A DNA stretch of 64,000 nt. Source: Bacteroidales bacterium. Its GTDB lineage: Bacteria > Bacteroidota > Bacteroidia > Bacteroidales > WCHB1-69. A program made the position numbers and the translations under genes. Shown piece after piece: positions 1 to 9,057 of the stretch; the first letter of the stretch is position 1; the number at the start of each line of letters is the position of its first letter. The stretch is taken from NCBI GenBank assembly GCA_017649855.1, contig JAGCGA010000012.1, positions 63,311 through 127,310 of the forward strand. Direction: 5' to 3'. The notes beneath the pieces are model-generated. The model did no database searches, had not been told where the DNA came from, and saw nothing but the letters and a program-made list of their open reading frames with translations.

Positions 1-1
1 G

Positions 2-1009
2 ACAATTGTTTCTGTTACACAATCTTAGTAGACCCAAAAAAGCAAAAATCAAGGCTTCTTTGTATTGGATGACTTCAATGTCCGGAAGAATGACTTGGGC
101 GTTGGTGTGCTCCCGAAGACGTTCAATGAGGTAGCAATTGAGCGCTCCGCCGCCGGTTGTCAGCATCGTGGCAGCCTCATCCGGAACACTCCTGGCTATC
201 ATCATCGCAAGATGCTCGGTCAACGTCTGCAATAGATCCTCAGGCCTGTCTTCGGAAATGTGCTTTCCCAATATAGGGAGAAAGGTGCTTTCAAACCACT
301 CCTTGCCCAAAGACTTGGGCGCTTGTTGTCTGTAATAGTCCAAATGGTTCAATTCCTCCAATAAGGAGGGTATGATTTGTCCCCTTCGGGCTAGCATCCC
401 GTCTTGGTCATACTCCATCCCAACTGTTGAGGCTACTAAATTGAGCGCCATGTTGCAAGGAGCCACGTCAAACGATATGCGCTGTCCCGCTTTTCGGAAA
501 GAGATATTCGAAAACCCTCCCAAGTTGAGGCAGGCGTCGTAATCGCCAAATAGCAATTCGTCACCGATTGGAACGAGAGGAGCCCCCTGACCACCCAAGG
601 CCACATCAGTGGTGCGGAAGTCGCAAACTGTCAGGATTCCCGTCCGCGCAGCAATAGAGGCACCGTGGCCAATCTGAGTGGTGAGGTGCAAGTCTGGACG
701 GTGAAAGACCGTGTGACCATGAGAGGCGATGAACTGCGGATGCTCGCGCCCCTGCAACCAACGGTTGATACAGTCTCCGATATATTCCCCTAACCGGACA
801 TCCAACAAGGCATACTCAAAAGCCGACAACTCCATCGACGTACGCAACCGCTCTTTCCAGCTCTCCGAATACGGAATGGTGACCGCCTCCCGAATGGAAT
901 AGCTCCACTTGCCGTCCTCATTTTCCTGAAAGTCACACCATGCCAAGTCAAGGCCATCTAACGAGGTCCCGGACATGACACCAATACCATTGTATGCCTT
1001 CTTCTCCAT
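2..1009 (-). CDS. anmK: Anhydro-N-acetylmuramic acid kinase (3' end runs off the window)
   Basis: Not in the ORF track. Manual translation from ATG at 1009 gives MEKKAYNGIGVMSGTSLDGLDLA, then ASHGHTVFH, DFRTTDVALGGQGAPLVP, LNLGGFSN and KEALIFAFLG, all AnmK motifs. The frame is open at the left edge. Confidence 0.95.
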   Translation of the reverse strand, partial: MEKKAYNGIGVMSGTSLDGLDLAWCDFQENEDGKWSYSIREAVTIPYSESWKERLRTSMELSAFEYALLDVRLGEYIGDCINRWLQGREHPQFIASHGHTVFHRPDLHLTTQIGHGASIAARTGILTVCDFRTTDVALGGQGAPLVPIGDELLFGDYDACLNLGGFSNISFRKAGQRISFDVAPCNMALNLVASTVGMEYDQDGMLARRGQIIPSLLEELNHLDYYRQQAPKSLGKEWFESTFLPILGKHISEDRPEDLLQTLTEHLAMMIARSVPDEAATMLTTGGGALNCYLIERLREHTNAQVILPDIEVIQYKEALIFAFLGLLRLCNRNNC

Positions 1010-1011
1010 CG

Positions 1012-2256
1012 TTATAATAGTGACAATCGGTTCAAGTGCATGGCGTTAGAGCCCTTGACCAGTATCAGAGCGTGCTCAAGCGGTTCCTTTTCCAATGCTG
1101 CATTCAACTCTTCTACCGACAAAAAAGAATGTTCAGGATGATGTGCCGCAAAAGCCTTTCCTACATAATAAGCTTCCAGGTGAAAATCTTTGCATAGTTG
1201 GATGATATGCAGGTGCTCTGCACTGCTGATGGAGCCTAATTCCAACATGTCACCTAAGATGGCCACCTTGCGGGGCGCCTCTAACAGGGCAAGATTCCGA
1301 ACGGCAGCCTCCATGCTGGTGGGGTTGGCATTGTAATAGTCTGAGATGATGGTGTTCCCCCGGATCTCATTGATTTGGGAACGATGGTTGGACGGAGTAT
1401 AATGACTGAGCGCATGACAGATTTGTGCCTCCGAAACGCCAAAATACTGCCCGACAGCAGCTGCCCCTAAACAGTTGTAGATGTTGTAGCTGCCAGTAAG
1501 ATGGGTGGTGACGGTATGATCGCCAAGACGGAACGACAGGCATGGCATCCTGGAGGTGATCAGCTGCTCTGCTTCCGCAGCATAATACACGACCTGCTCA
1601 TAGTCCAGATCCCGACGCAGGATTTGATCATTGACATTCACGAACAAAACACCATGATCCTCCATGACAGAACGATACAGCCCTTTCTTGGTGCGGATGA
1701 TCTCTTCCTCAGAGCAGAAGCCTTCTATATGGGCCTTTCCAATGTTGGTGATAAGTCCGGCGCTGGGTCTGGCAATTCGGCATAAGTCAGCAATCTCGCC
1801 AGGATGGTTGGCACCCATTTCCACAATGGCAATCTCATCGTCCGGACGTATGGACAGCAAGGTCAACGGGACCCCGATGTGATTGTTGAAGTTGCCTTGG
1901 GTACACGCTGTACGGTATCTTTCAGACAAAACAGCTGCGGTCAACTCTTTGGTGGTCGTCTTCCCATTGGTCCCGGTGATGCCGATGACCGGTATAGTCA
2001 ACTGTTGCCGATGATATGCAGCCAACTGCTGTAAGGTCTCTAAGACATCCTCCACAACCACACACTGCGCATTGCCTCGCAAGTCTGGTCGCTCTGTGAC
2101 CACATACGCCGCCCCTTGTTGCAAGGCCTGCTCGGCAAACTCGTTGCCATCGAAACGTTCACCCTTCAGACAGAAAAAGAGACAGCCAGGGGTGATGTTC
2201 CTACTATCGGTGCAGACGACAGGATGTTTTACAAATATCTGGTATAATGCTTCCAT
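1012..2256 (-). CDS. murF: UDP-N-acetylmuramoyl-tripeptide--D-alanyl-D-alanine ligase
   Basis: Motifs TDSR, GITGTNGKTTTKE, GNFNNHIGVPLTL, EMGANH, YNANPTSM, LGDMLELG, LVKGS. Confidence 0.96.
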   Translation of the reverse strand: MEALYQIFVKHPVVCTDSRNITPGCLFFCLKGERFDGNEFAEQALQQGAAYVVTERPDLRGNAQCVVVEDVLETLQQLAAYHRQQLTIPVIGITGTNGKTTTKELTAAVLSERYRTACTQGNFNNHIGVPLTLLSIRPDDEIAIVEMGANHPGEIADLCRIARPSAGLITNIGKAHIEGFCSEEEIIRTKKGLYRSVMEDHGVLFVNVNDQILRRDLDYEQVVYYAAEAEQLITSRMPCLSFRLGDHTVTTHLTGSYNIYNCLGAAAVGQYFGVSEAQICHALSHYTPSNHRSQINEIRGNTIISDYYNANPTSMEAAVRNLALLEAPRKVAILGDMLELGSISSAEHLHIIQLCKDFHLEAYYVGKAFAAHHPEHSFLSVEELNAALEKEPLEHALILVKGSNAMHLNRLSLL

Positions 2257-2270
2257 AAATAATGAAATGG

Positions 2271-5200
2271 TTAAAAATCGGTTCCAATAGAGAAAAGAAA
2301 CATGCCTTTTTTGTTGGTGATGCGGAAGTCTTCAACGCCCCATGCGTAATCCAGTCGCAGGAAATAGCCGACAAGCGAGAAGCGAAGACCGACACCAAAC
2401 CCTCCCACGAAAGGATCCACTTGTCGTTTGATCATCACCGAGATGGGGCCGTTGGTGATATAGCGAGTGTATAGGCAGTTCTCTTCTGAATAGGGCGTCA
2501 GGCCGGTCCAAGCGGTTCCGATGTCTCCAAAAATGTTCAGCTGCATGGAGTTGAAAAGCTCTATGCCGACATAGTGTCCGGCAATCAGCTGCACAAAGGG
2601 AATCCGTAGTTCGCCGGAAAACAACACAAAGGAGGTGCCATTGCGAATGTTCTGTCGGAATCCCCGCATATTGGTGGCAAGCGTCTGATATACATAGTTT
2701 TTCGACTGGTCCACCCAAATGTCACTGTTGAACTTGGCGTTGACCCAGTTGTCCACCCCGCCCATGAAATATACGAGTCGGGCCGAACCGACGTTGGTGG
2801 AGGCGGCAGCACGGAAAGACAAGGTCATGTTTTTGTATAGCTGGAAGGATCTCCGGGCATCGATGCCGACGACCAGCAGATTCTGAGTCTGTCGCTCAGC
2901 CCGCTGGTCATATTCAGCGAAGATCTTAAGCTTTGTGCCTTTCCACAGGTTTGTGAACAGTTCCTTGGAAGAGTCGAAGACATACTCCAACTTCGCCCCA
3001 GCCCATAGATGGTGCGTGGTGGGCTCCCGCAAGGAATTGTCACTCATCGATCCCACGACGTTGGTCTCATATCTTCCTTTTAAAGTCAGCCGGATACTGT
3101 TGCTCTTGTCAAAGGGGAACTTCAAGATGTAAAACAGACTGTTGGAGGTCTGTTTCAAAGCATAGTCGCTGGCATCCGCACTGATGGCTTGACGATAGAG
3201 GACGATCTGCCGGTCTAAACGCTTGGCGAGATTCTCGAAACTGAACATGAATTCGTTGTTCTGCAAGTTGAAGGAGAATCGGAAACCTGCCGAGATGCGG
3301 TAGTCTTCAAACAAATCATGAATGCCTAGCATGAAAAGGGCATTGACCCCCGTGTTGAGGTAGATGGGCGAAGTTCCTCCAGCAAACTGCTGATAGGAGG
3401 TGTTCAAAAAGGAGAAGTCTGCCTGCGTGATGACCTTGTTGATGGAGTATTGGACTCGATAGCCAGTACCGACAGGAATCTCCATCCGCTCCTTGGAGGT
3501 AGGGATGACGGTGTCAACTTCGTCCTTGTAGGTAGAGGAGGGATCCAAGTTGGATTCGTACACCGGGAAAAACCCATGCTGTGCCTTAACCGCACCCTGA
3601 TTGGCGTCTGACATCTTTCGCTGTTTGAGACTGTCGGCCGCAATATCCTCCTGTAGCATCTTCTGGTAGTAAGGGTTGGGTGTGACGGCCGGGGTGAATA
3701 ACGGATTCAGCTTTCGGAAATAGATGCGCTCAGCCTTGTCCTTCAGAAGTATGTCCGACACGGTCTGCGTGGCAGGATCATAGGCATGGCTTGCTATGTT
3801 GTAAGCCCCATCGGTCAGCGACGAGCTCTTGGCAAAGTAGGCGTAATGAATGGCCGTGTCTATACGGCTGATGGTGCTGTCAAAAACAGCCATGTACCGA
3901 TTCACAATGCCATCCTTGTTGCTTAAATAAAGGATCTCGTCACCACTCATCGGCATGACATCATATTCGTCTCCATAAGGGGTGTTGGTGGCCCGCATGA
4001 CTTTCGGATCTTTCGTACTGTAATTGTACAGAAACAAATCGTAATGCTTTTGAGGTGTCGCCTCCATAAAGTCTTCCTTCAACTGGATGGAGTCGGTGGG
4101 CCGGTTCGAAGCGAAGACAATCTGCCGCGGATTGAGAAAGACAGGCCCGTAATCATCGTAAAAGTCGTTGGTCAGATTCTGAAAAGAGTGGGAGAGAAAA
4201 CTGTATTGGTAGAGGTCCGACTGCCCATGCTGGAATCCGGAGAACAACATCGTCATCCCATCGTCTGAGTAAGACCAGGAGGTGATCTTCTCCACATCCA
4301 CCAAGGAACGCTTTTCCCACTTGCCTGAAGCCAGGTTGTAGGGATAGTAGTAACAATGCCCCTTGGATTCTAGGGTGAGTCCCAGCCCCTCTCCGGAGGG
4401 ATGCCAATTGATGATCGGATAGGTCAAGTCTGGGTTGTCCTCCGTTTTCTGATATCGCCGGAAGATACACTTCGCACGTTTCCGGTCACCGGTTTGCAGC
4501 CATACCCTGACTTGCCCCGCCTCATTCGTGACATATGCGTAGCCTTCTCCATGAGGCTGGAAACAGACATGCTGGTAGTGACGGCTGCTTTTTGGTCTCG
4601 CTATCAGCCCATCATCCGCTGGCAACCCCTTGTTCAGGTTCTGATGGTATAAGACGTAATAATACTTGTACCAATTGAGTAACAAGGTCCGATAGGGAAT
4701 GCCAGTGGAGTAGTAAAAACTGCGTTCCACCATCTTGGTCGAACGCGTGTTGTGCAGAATGCGGGGAATGATCCGCTCCCCATACGTATCCACGATGAAC
4801 TTCCAAAAGGAATGGCCCGCATAAGTGGCATCCACGGGCGAGAGGAACTCTATGTCTGCATAGCGGCGAGTCAGAATGCCATCCATGACATGCGCGTCCA
4901 CATCCGAGTTCCAATGCTCCCCAAAATAGGAAGACAAACCACTGTAAAACCAGGCCGGCACATTGATGAGATAGTCGGATGAGATGTTGGCACCCATAGA
5001 AACCCCATCCACCAGCCAATGGGCATACACATTCATCATGCCGCTTCGCAACATCCGGTCCAAATGCGCATGACTGCCGTCAAAGTATAGGTAAATCTTC
5101 GTCCCGGAGATGTTGGTCACACCCCCCTGGTTGTAGAAGTCCTCATCATCATAGGCGAAGTTGGATTCTCTGAAGTCAGCTTGCGTGTTGTACACAATCA

Positions 5201-5573
5201 ACTGCAACTTCTTATGAGACGTGAAGTTGAGCAGATGCTCAATTTCCTCCATTACCTCGGGGACCTTGTAATAGACATATTGCGCCAATTCCCTTCCCGT
5301 AGGATAGTAATAGACATCATACTGCTCCGCCCTGAGATACTGCCAGTTGAAATTCTGATGCTGAACACGATTCTTGCCAAAAGTGATCTGGGAGCCATTG
5401 TAAAACTGAGCCCACCCTTTCAACGGGAAGCAGAAGTGTATCAAGCATAATAATGTGCTGATAAACAATGTCTTATATGTTTTTTTGAGCCCCAAATCGC
5501 GACAATCTTTAAATCGCTGCAAAACTACATAAAAAATGGAAGATTTGGGGCGCTTTCGACGGATATGCGACAA
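2271..5573 (-). CDS. Large outer-membrane protein: degenerate zincin-like domain, PD40/TolB-like beta-propeller and Omp85-type C-terminal barrel. True start is probably downstream (e.g. TTG at 5495).
   Basis: Signal peptide ends WA-Q, then FGKNRVQ, PD40-like repeats (QSDLY...LTNDFYDDYGPVF, IVFASNR), MRGF lid-loop motif, FLRLDYAWG and terminal FSIGTDF. The -7 box at 5578-5585 lies too close to the track start. Confidence 0.7.
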   Translation of the reverse strand: MSHIRRKRPKSSIFYVVLQRFKDCRDLGLKKTYKTLFISTLLCLIHFCFPLKGWAQFYNGSQITFGKNRVQHQNFNWQYLRAEQYDVYYYPTGRELAQYVYYKVPEVMEEIEHLLNFTSHKKLQLIVYNTQADFRESNFAYDDEDFYNQGGVTNISGTKIYLYFDGSHAHLDRMLRSGMMNVYAHWLVDGVSMGANISSDYLINVPAWFYSGLSSYFGEHWNSDVDAHVMDGILTRRYADIEFLSPVDATYAGHSFWKFIVDTYGERIIPRILHNTRSTKMVERSFYYSTGIPYRTLLLNWYKYYYVLYHQNLNKGLPADDGLIARPKSSRHYQHVCFQPHGEGYAYVTNEAGQVRVWLQTGDRKRAKCIFRRYQKTEDNPDLTYPIINWHPSGEGLGLTLESKGHCYYYPYNLASGKWEKRSLVDVEKITSWSYSDDGMTMLFSGFQHGQSDLYQYSFLSHSFQNLTNDFYDDYGPVFLNPRQIVFASNRPTDSIQLKEDFMEATPQKHYDLFLYNYSTKDPKVMRATNTPYGDEYDVMPMSGDEILYLSNKDGIVNRYMAVFDSTISRIDTAIHYAYFAKSSSLTDGAYNIASHAYDPATQTVSDILLKDKAERIYFRKLNPLFTPAVTPNPYYQKMLQEDIAADSLKQRKMSDANQGAVKAQHGFFPVYESNLDPSSTYKDEVDTVIPTSKERMEIPVGTGYRVQYSINKVITQADFSFLNTSYQQFAGGTSPIYLNTGVNALFMLGIHDLFEDYRISAGFRFSFNLQNNEFMFSFENLAKRLDRQIVLYRQAISADASDYALKQTSNSLFYILKFPFDKSNSIRLTLKGRYETNVVGSMSDNSLREPTTHHLWAGAKLEYVFDSSKELFTNLWKGTKLKIFAEYDQRAERQTQNLLVVGIDARRSFQLYKNMTLSFRAAASTNVGSARLVYFMGGVDNWVNAKFNSDIWVDQSKNYVYQTLATNMRGFRQNIRNGTSFVLFSGELRIPFVQLIAGHYVGIELFNSMQLNIFGDIGTAWTGLTPYSEENCLYTRYITNGPISVMIKRQVDPFVGGFGVGLRFSLVGYFLRLDYAWGVEDFRITNKKGMFLFSIGTDF

Positions 5574-5577
5574 AAGG

Positions 5578-5585
5578 CAAAAATA
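5578..5585 (-). promoter_or_regulatory. Bacteroidota sigma-A -7 box (TATTTTTG) for the Omp85-murF-anmK unit
   Basis: CAAAAATA on the + strand in the divergent intergenic region matches TAnnTTTG. Confidence 0.6.
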
Positions 5586-5681
5586 TCCTTTAACTGCTTG
5601 ATTTTTTTTGATATACCTTGATTTTCAACAATTAGTTGATAAATAATGGAGAAGTCAAAGCCCCTAAAAGGCTAAAAAATG

Positions 5682-5689
5682 TATTTTTG
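5682..5689 (+). promoter_or_regulatory. -7 box (TATTTTTG) for purF
   Basis: TAnnTTTG match about 45 nt upstream of ATG 5735. Confidence 0.65.
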
Positions 5690-5734
5690 CCAGCTGTTCA
5701 CTAAATCATTAACCGTCTTTTAGTTTATAGCACC

Positions 5735-7141
5735 ATGGGAGGTTTTTTTGGCGTTGTCTCAAAAAAGAACTGTTCAACAGATTTGTTTTATGGCATTGAT
5801 TATCATTCACATCTTGGCACAAAAAGAGGTGGAATGGTAACCATCCAGAACAATGTCTTCTATCGTTCCATCCATAACATTGAAAATTCCTATTTCCGGA
5901 CCAAGTTCGCCGATTCCATCGGAAAATTCAAAGGCCATATAGGCATTGGTGTGATTAGTGATACGGATGCCCAGCCTATCGTGGTCAATTCTCACCTTGG
6001 CCGGTTCGCTATCGTCACCGTGGCTAAAATCAACAATCTGGAAGAGCTGGAAAAGGAATGTCTGAATAACCATCAGCAGTTCACGGAGTTGAGCTCCGGC
6101 CGTACCAATCCCACGGAACTGATCGCGCTGATGATTTCCCAATGCGAGGATTTTGTTTCCGGTATCCAGAATGTCTATAAGAAGGTGAAAGGCTCCTGCT
6201 CCATGCTGATCCTCACCCAAGACGGGATTATTGCAGCCCGCGACTATCTCGGCCGCACCCCTATAGTGATAGGCAAGCGCTCTGACAGTTATGCTTTGAC
6301 TTTCGACACCCACAGTTTCTCCAACCTCGACTATGAGATTGAGCGCTTCTTGGGACCTGGGGAAATTGTGAAGGTCACGACAGGAGGCTGCACCCAGCTG
6401 CTTCCACCCAATGAGAAGATGCAGGTCTGCTCCTTCCTCTGGATTTATTATGGCTATCCCGCCTCTGAATACGAAGCAGTCAACGTTGAAAACAGTCGCT
6501 ATCTGCTGGGCTATGAGATGGGCAAGGTGGATGATGTGGAGGCGGATTACGTGTCCGCTATCCCCGATTCCGGCATCGGTATGGCCTTGGGTTACTCTAA
6601 TGGCAAAAGGATTCCCTACCGCCGTGGTATCGTGAAATACACCCCGACATGGTCCCGCAGTTTTATGCCGGTCAACCAAGAGATGCGGGAACATGTGGCG
6701 AAGATGAAGCTGATACCCAACACCACCTTGCTGAAAGATCAACGGGTGGTCTTTTGCGATGACTCTATCGTGCGCGGCACCCAACTGCGTGACAATGTGC
6801 GCAAACTCTATGCCAGCGGTGCCAAGGAGGTCCACATCCGTATCAGCTGCCCGCCACTGGTCTTCGGCTGCCCCTACCTGAACTTTTCCGCCTCTAAGAC
6901 AGAACTGGAACTGATTACCCGCCGCGTGATCGAGGAACTGGAGGGCAATAGCCATAAGAACTTGGACCGCTATATGGATTGTTCCACAAAGGAGTATGCC
7001 AAAATGGTGGAGATTATCCGCAAACATCTCGGTGTCGACACCTTGAAATTCAACAGCCTCGATGTGATTGCCAAATCCGTTGGCTTGCCAAAGGAGCGTA
7101 TCTGCACCCACTGCTTCGACGGGTCCAGCTACGGAGAATAG
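5735..7141 (+). CDS. purF: Amidophosphoribosyltransferase, variant lacking the N-terminal nucleophile Cys
   Basis: PRPP-binding DDSIVRGTQ, IPDSG, GAKEVHIRISCPP and Fe-S type cysteines (CSF, GCPY, CTHC). The N-terminus is MGGFFG instead of MCGIFG. Confidence 0.9.
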   Translation: MGGFFGVVSKKNCSTDLFYGIDYHSHLGTKRGGMVTIQNNVFYRSIHNIENSYFRTKFADSIGKFKGHIGIGVISDTDAQPIVVNSHLGRFAIVTVAKINNLEELEKECLNNHQQFTELSSGRTNPTELIALMISQCEDFVSGIQNVYKKVKGSCSMLILTQDGIIAARDYLGRTPIVIGKRSDSYALTFDTHSFSNLDYEIERFLGPGEIVKVTTGGCTQLLPPNEKMQVCSFLWIYYGYPASEYEAVNVENSRYLLGYEMGKVDDVEADYVSAIPDSGIGMALGYSNGKRIPYRRGIVKYTPTWSRSFMPVNQEMREHVAKMKLIPNTTLLKDQRVVFCDDSIVRGTQLRDNVRKLYASGAKEVHIRISCPPLVFGCPYLNFSASKTELELITRRVIEELEGNSHKNLDRYMDCSTKEYAKMVEIIRKHLGVDTLKFNSLDVIAKSVGLPKERICTHCFDGSSYGE

Positions 7142-7151
7142 ACATGGAACG

Positions 7152-7182
7152 AAAGGAAAGACAGAACGGCTTTCCTTTTTTT
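7152..7182 (+). terminator. Probable intrinsic terminator after purF
   Basis: AAAGGAAAG-N9-CTTTCCTTT followed by a T run. Confidence 0.6.
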
Positions 7183-7210
7183 ATGTGTGGCAATTCTGAT
7201 AAAAAAATTG

Positions 7211-7218
7211 TACGTTTG
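7211..7218 (+). promoter_or_regulatory. -7 box (TACGTTTG) for the folA operon
   Basis: TAnnTTTG match about 25 nt upstream of ATG 7243. Confidence 0.6.
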
Positions 7219-7242
7219 CCGTCTGATTCAAAACCTATACCT

Positions 7243-7731
7243 ATGCAAAACTTGAGCATGATTGCCGCTGTGGGCGAGAACTGGGAACTGGGCTACCAGA
7301 ACCAGTTGCTGTGCCATCTGCCGGCCGACTTGAAATATTTCAAGAAAGTCACCTCTGGGGCGCCCGTATTAATGGGCGACAACACCTGGCGTTCCCTCCC
7401 CAAACGCCCCCTTCCCAACCGCAGAAATATCGTGATCACCCTGGATGATGTCTCCTTCCCGGATTGTGAGACCGTGCATTCCATTGAAGATGCTATGGCT
7501 CTGGTGCAAGACGCCCCCGAGGCTTTCGTCATGGGCGGCGCTACCATGTATCGGCTCTTTCTGCCCTATGCGGAAAAAATTTACCTCACCCGTATTAAAT
7601 CTTCGTTCACGGCGGATGTCTATTTCCCTGTTCTCTCTGACGACGAATGGCAGGTGGACCGCACCGTCTTTCGCCCGAAAGATGAGAAGAATGAATACGA
7701 TCTCTATTTTCAAACCCTAATTCGCAAATAA
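7243..7731 (+). CDS. folA: Dihydrofolate reductase
   Basis: IAAVGENWELG, LPADLKYFK, VLMG, RPLPNRRNIV, FVMGGA, ADVYFP. Start reassigned to ATG 7243; the track start at 6979 overlaps purF. Confidence 0.95.
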   Translation: MQNLSMIAAVGENWELGYQNQLLCHLPADLKYFKKVTSGAPVLMGDNTWRSLPKRPLPNRRNIVITLDDVSFPDCETVHSIEDAMALVQDAPEAFVMGGATMYRLFLPYAEKIYLTRIKSSFTADVYFPVLSDDEWQVDRTVFRPKDEKNEYDLYFQTLIRK

Positions 7732-7739
7732 ATACCACT

Positions 7740-8294
7740 ATGAAAAGAATTGTCACCGCCGTTTTTCTGATACTCTCTTCCGCGGCTCTGTTCGCTCAGA
7801 AACCCGCCAAGGATCTGCCCGTGCCCGATCTGCCTATCGATGAGCGTACCAACTTGGTCACCTATCAGGATGTGGTGAAACAGGAAGGCACCCCGGCTGT
7901 TCTCTATGAAAGAGCTAAAAAATGGGTGAAGAAATATTACAAGAACACCAATGAGGTGATCAAGAAGGATGATGCCGAACATTATGTGCTGGAGATGCGT
8001 TCCAGTGTGCGTATCTATTCCAAACAGAAAGACGGTACCATGCTTCCCAAGAATGTGGTCTATTATAACTTTAAACTGGAATGTCGCGACAACCGCTATC
8101 GTTATACCATCACCAATTTCAATGAAAAAGCAGCCGCAGCGGCTCCTATCGAGAACTGGTTCAAAACCGATAGCCCTTATTGGTCCCCTTCCCAATACGA
8201 TTTTCTGAATCAGATTGATGAGCAAATCAAGGAACTCATCAACTCCCTGGAAGAGGGCATGATGCCTGAAGAGGTTTTCGAAGATGAATGGTAG
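7740..8294 (+). CDS. Exported protein, DUF4468-like
   Basis: Signal peptide (LFA-Q). Y-x-DVV...LYERAKKW...ECRDNRYRYTITNF pattern and acidic C-terminus ending DEW. Confidence 0.65.
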   Translation: MKRIVTAVFLILSSAALFAQKPAKDLPVPDLPIDERTNLVTYQDVVKQEGTPAVLYERAKKWVKKYYKNTNEVIKKDDAEHYVLEMRSSVRIYSKQKDGTMLPKNVVYYNFKLECRDNRYRYTITNFNEKAAAAAPIENWFKTDSPYWSPSQYDFLNQIDEQIKELINSLEEGMMPEEVFEDEW

Positions 8295-9054
8295 GATTCC
8301 TCTGATGCTAGCCCTTGCCATTACGCTGGGCTTCTCCTCATGTCATAAACCGGAGGCTGTTGTGGCCTTCCGGTTTTCTTTTTCTGTGGGCAATGATACG
8401 TTACAACAAGATACCCTTTGTTATCTCAATGCCGCTGGAAATATCTTCTCGGTGACTGAAGTCCAATTTTTCATCTCCAAGATGGTGCTGGAAAAGGATG
8501 ACGGCACCCTGTATACCGTGCAAACCGACAATGGCATCCACTACGCCGATGCTGACATCCCATCCACGCTTACCTGGATGCTCCAAGAGGATCATATCCC
8601 AACAGGAAAATATACTCGCATATCCTTTGTCTTTGGTCTTGCTCCCGAATATAATGTCACCCATCACTTCCCCAATCCTCCCGAAAACTCGATGAGCTGG
8701 CCGGAAGCCTTGGGCGGTGGCTATCACCATATGAAACTGAATGGCAAATGTCTCTGTCAGGAGATTTCACCCATACCAACCCCTTATGCCATGCATCTTG
8801 GCACAGGCCAAATCTATCAAGACCAACAGATTTCTGGCTTCGTGGACAATTGCTTTTCGGTCAGTCTGCCTTTGCCGGATAGATATTTCTCGGAAGATGC
8901 CATCAATGTTCTCTGCCTGAATATGGATGTGGCAGAGTGGTTCCAACATCCACAGGTCTATGATTTTGCCCAAGATGGAACTGCCACGATGCAGAATCAG
9001 ACCGCAATGGCCAAACTGGTTGCAAACGGACAGTCTGTGTTCAATGTCCGCTAG
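8284..9054 (+). CDS. MbnP-like lipoprotein (putative copper/metal binding)
   Basis: Lipobox FSSC. Y-x-NAAGN-x-FSV...QFFISK, IPTGKY...FGL, MSW...GYHHMKLNG and HLG follow the MbnP family pattern. Confidence 0.7.
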   Translation: MNGRIPLMLALAITLGFSSCHKPEAVVAFRFSFSVGNDTLQQDTLCYLNAAGNIFSVTEVQFFISKMVLEKDDGTLYTVQTDNGIHYADADIPSTLTWMLQEDHIPTGKYTRISFVFGLAPEYNVTHHFPNPPENSMSWPEALGGGYHHMKLNGKCLCQEISPIPTPYAMHLGTGQIYQDQQISGFVDNCFSVSLPLPDRYFSEDAINVLCLNMDVAEWFQHPQVYDFAQDGTATMQNQTAMAKLVANGQSVFNVR

Positions 9055-9057
9055 CGA

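Noticed and set aside
5807-7111. 434-aa minus ORF opposite purF, and similar long antisense ORFs opposite the wbpB-like, OmpA and FAD oxidoreductase genes
   Set aside because: Shadow ORFs of well-supported genes.
6979-7242. N-terminal extensions in the ORF track (folA, yitT, wbpB-like, rpmE2, udk, ABC ATPase)
   Set aside because: They overlap upstream genes, terminators or promoter boxes; downstream ATGs match family N-termini.
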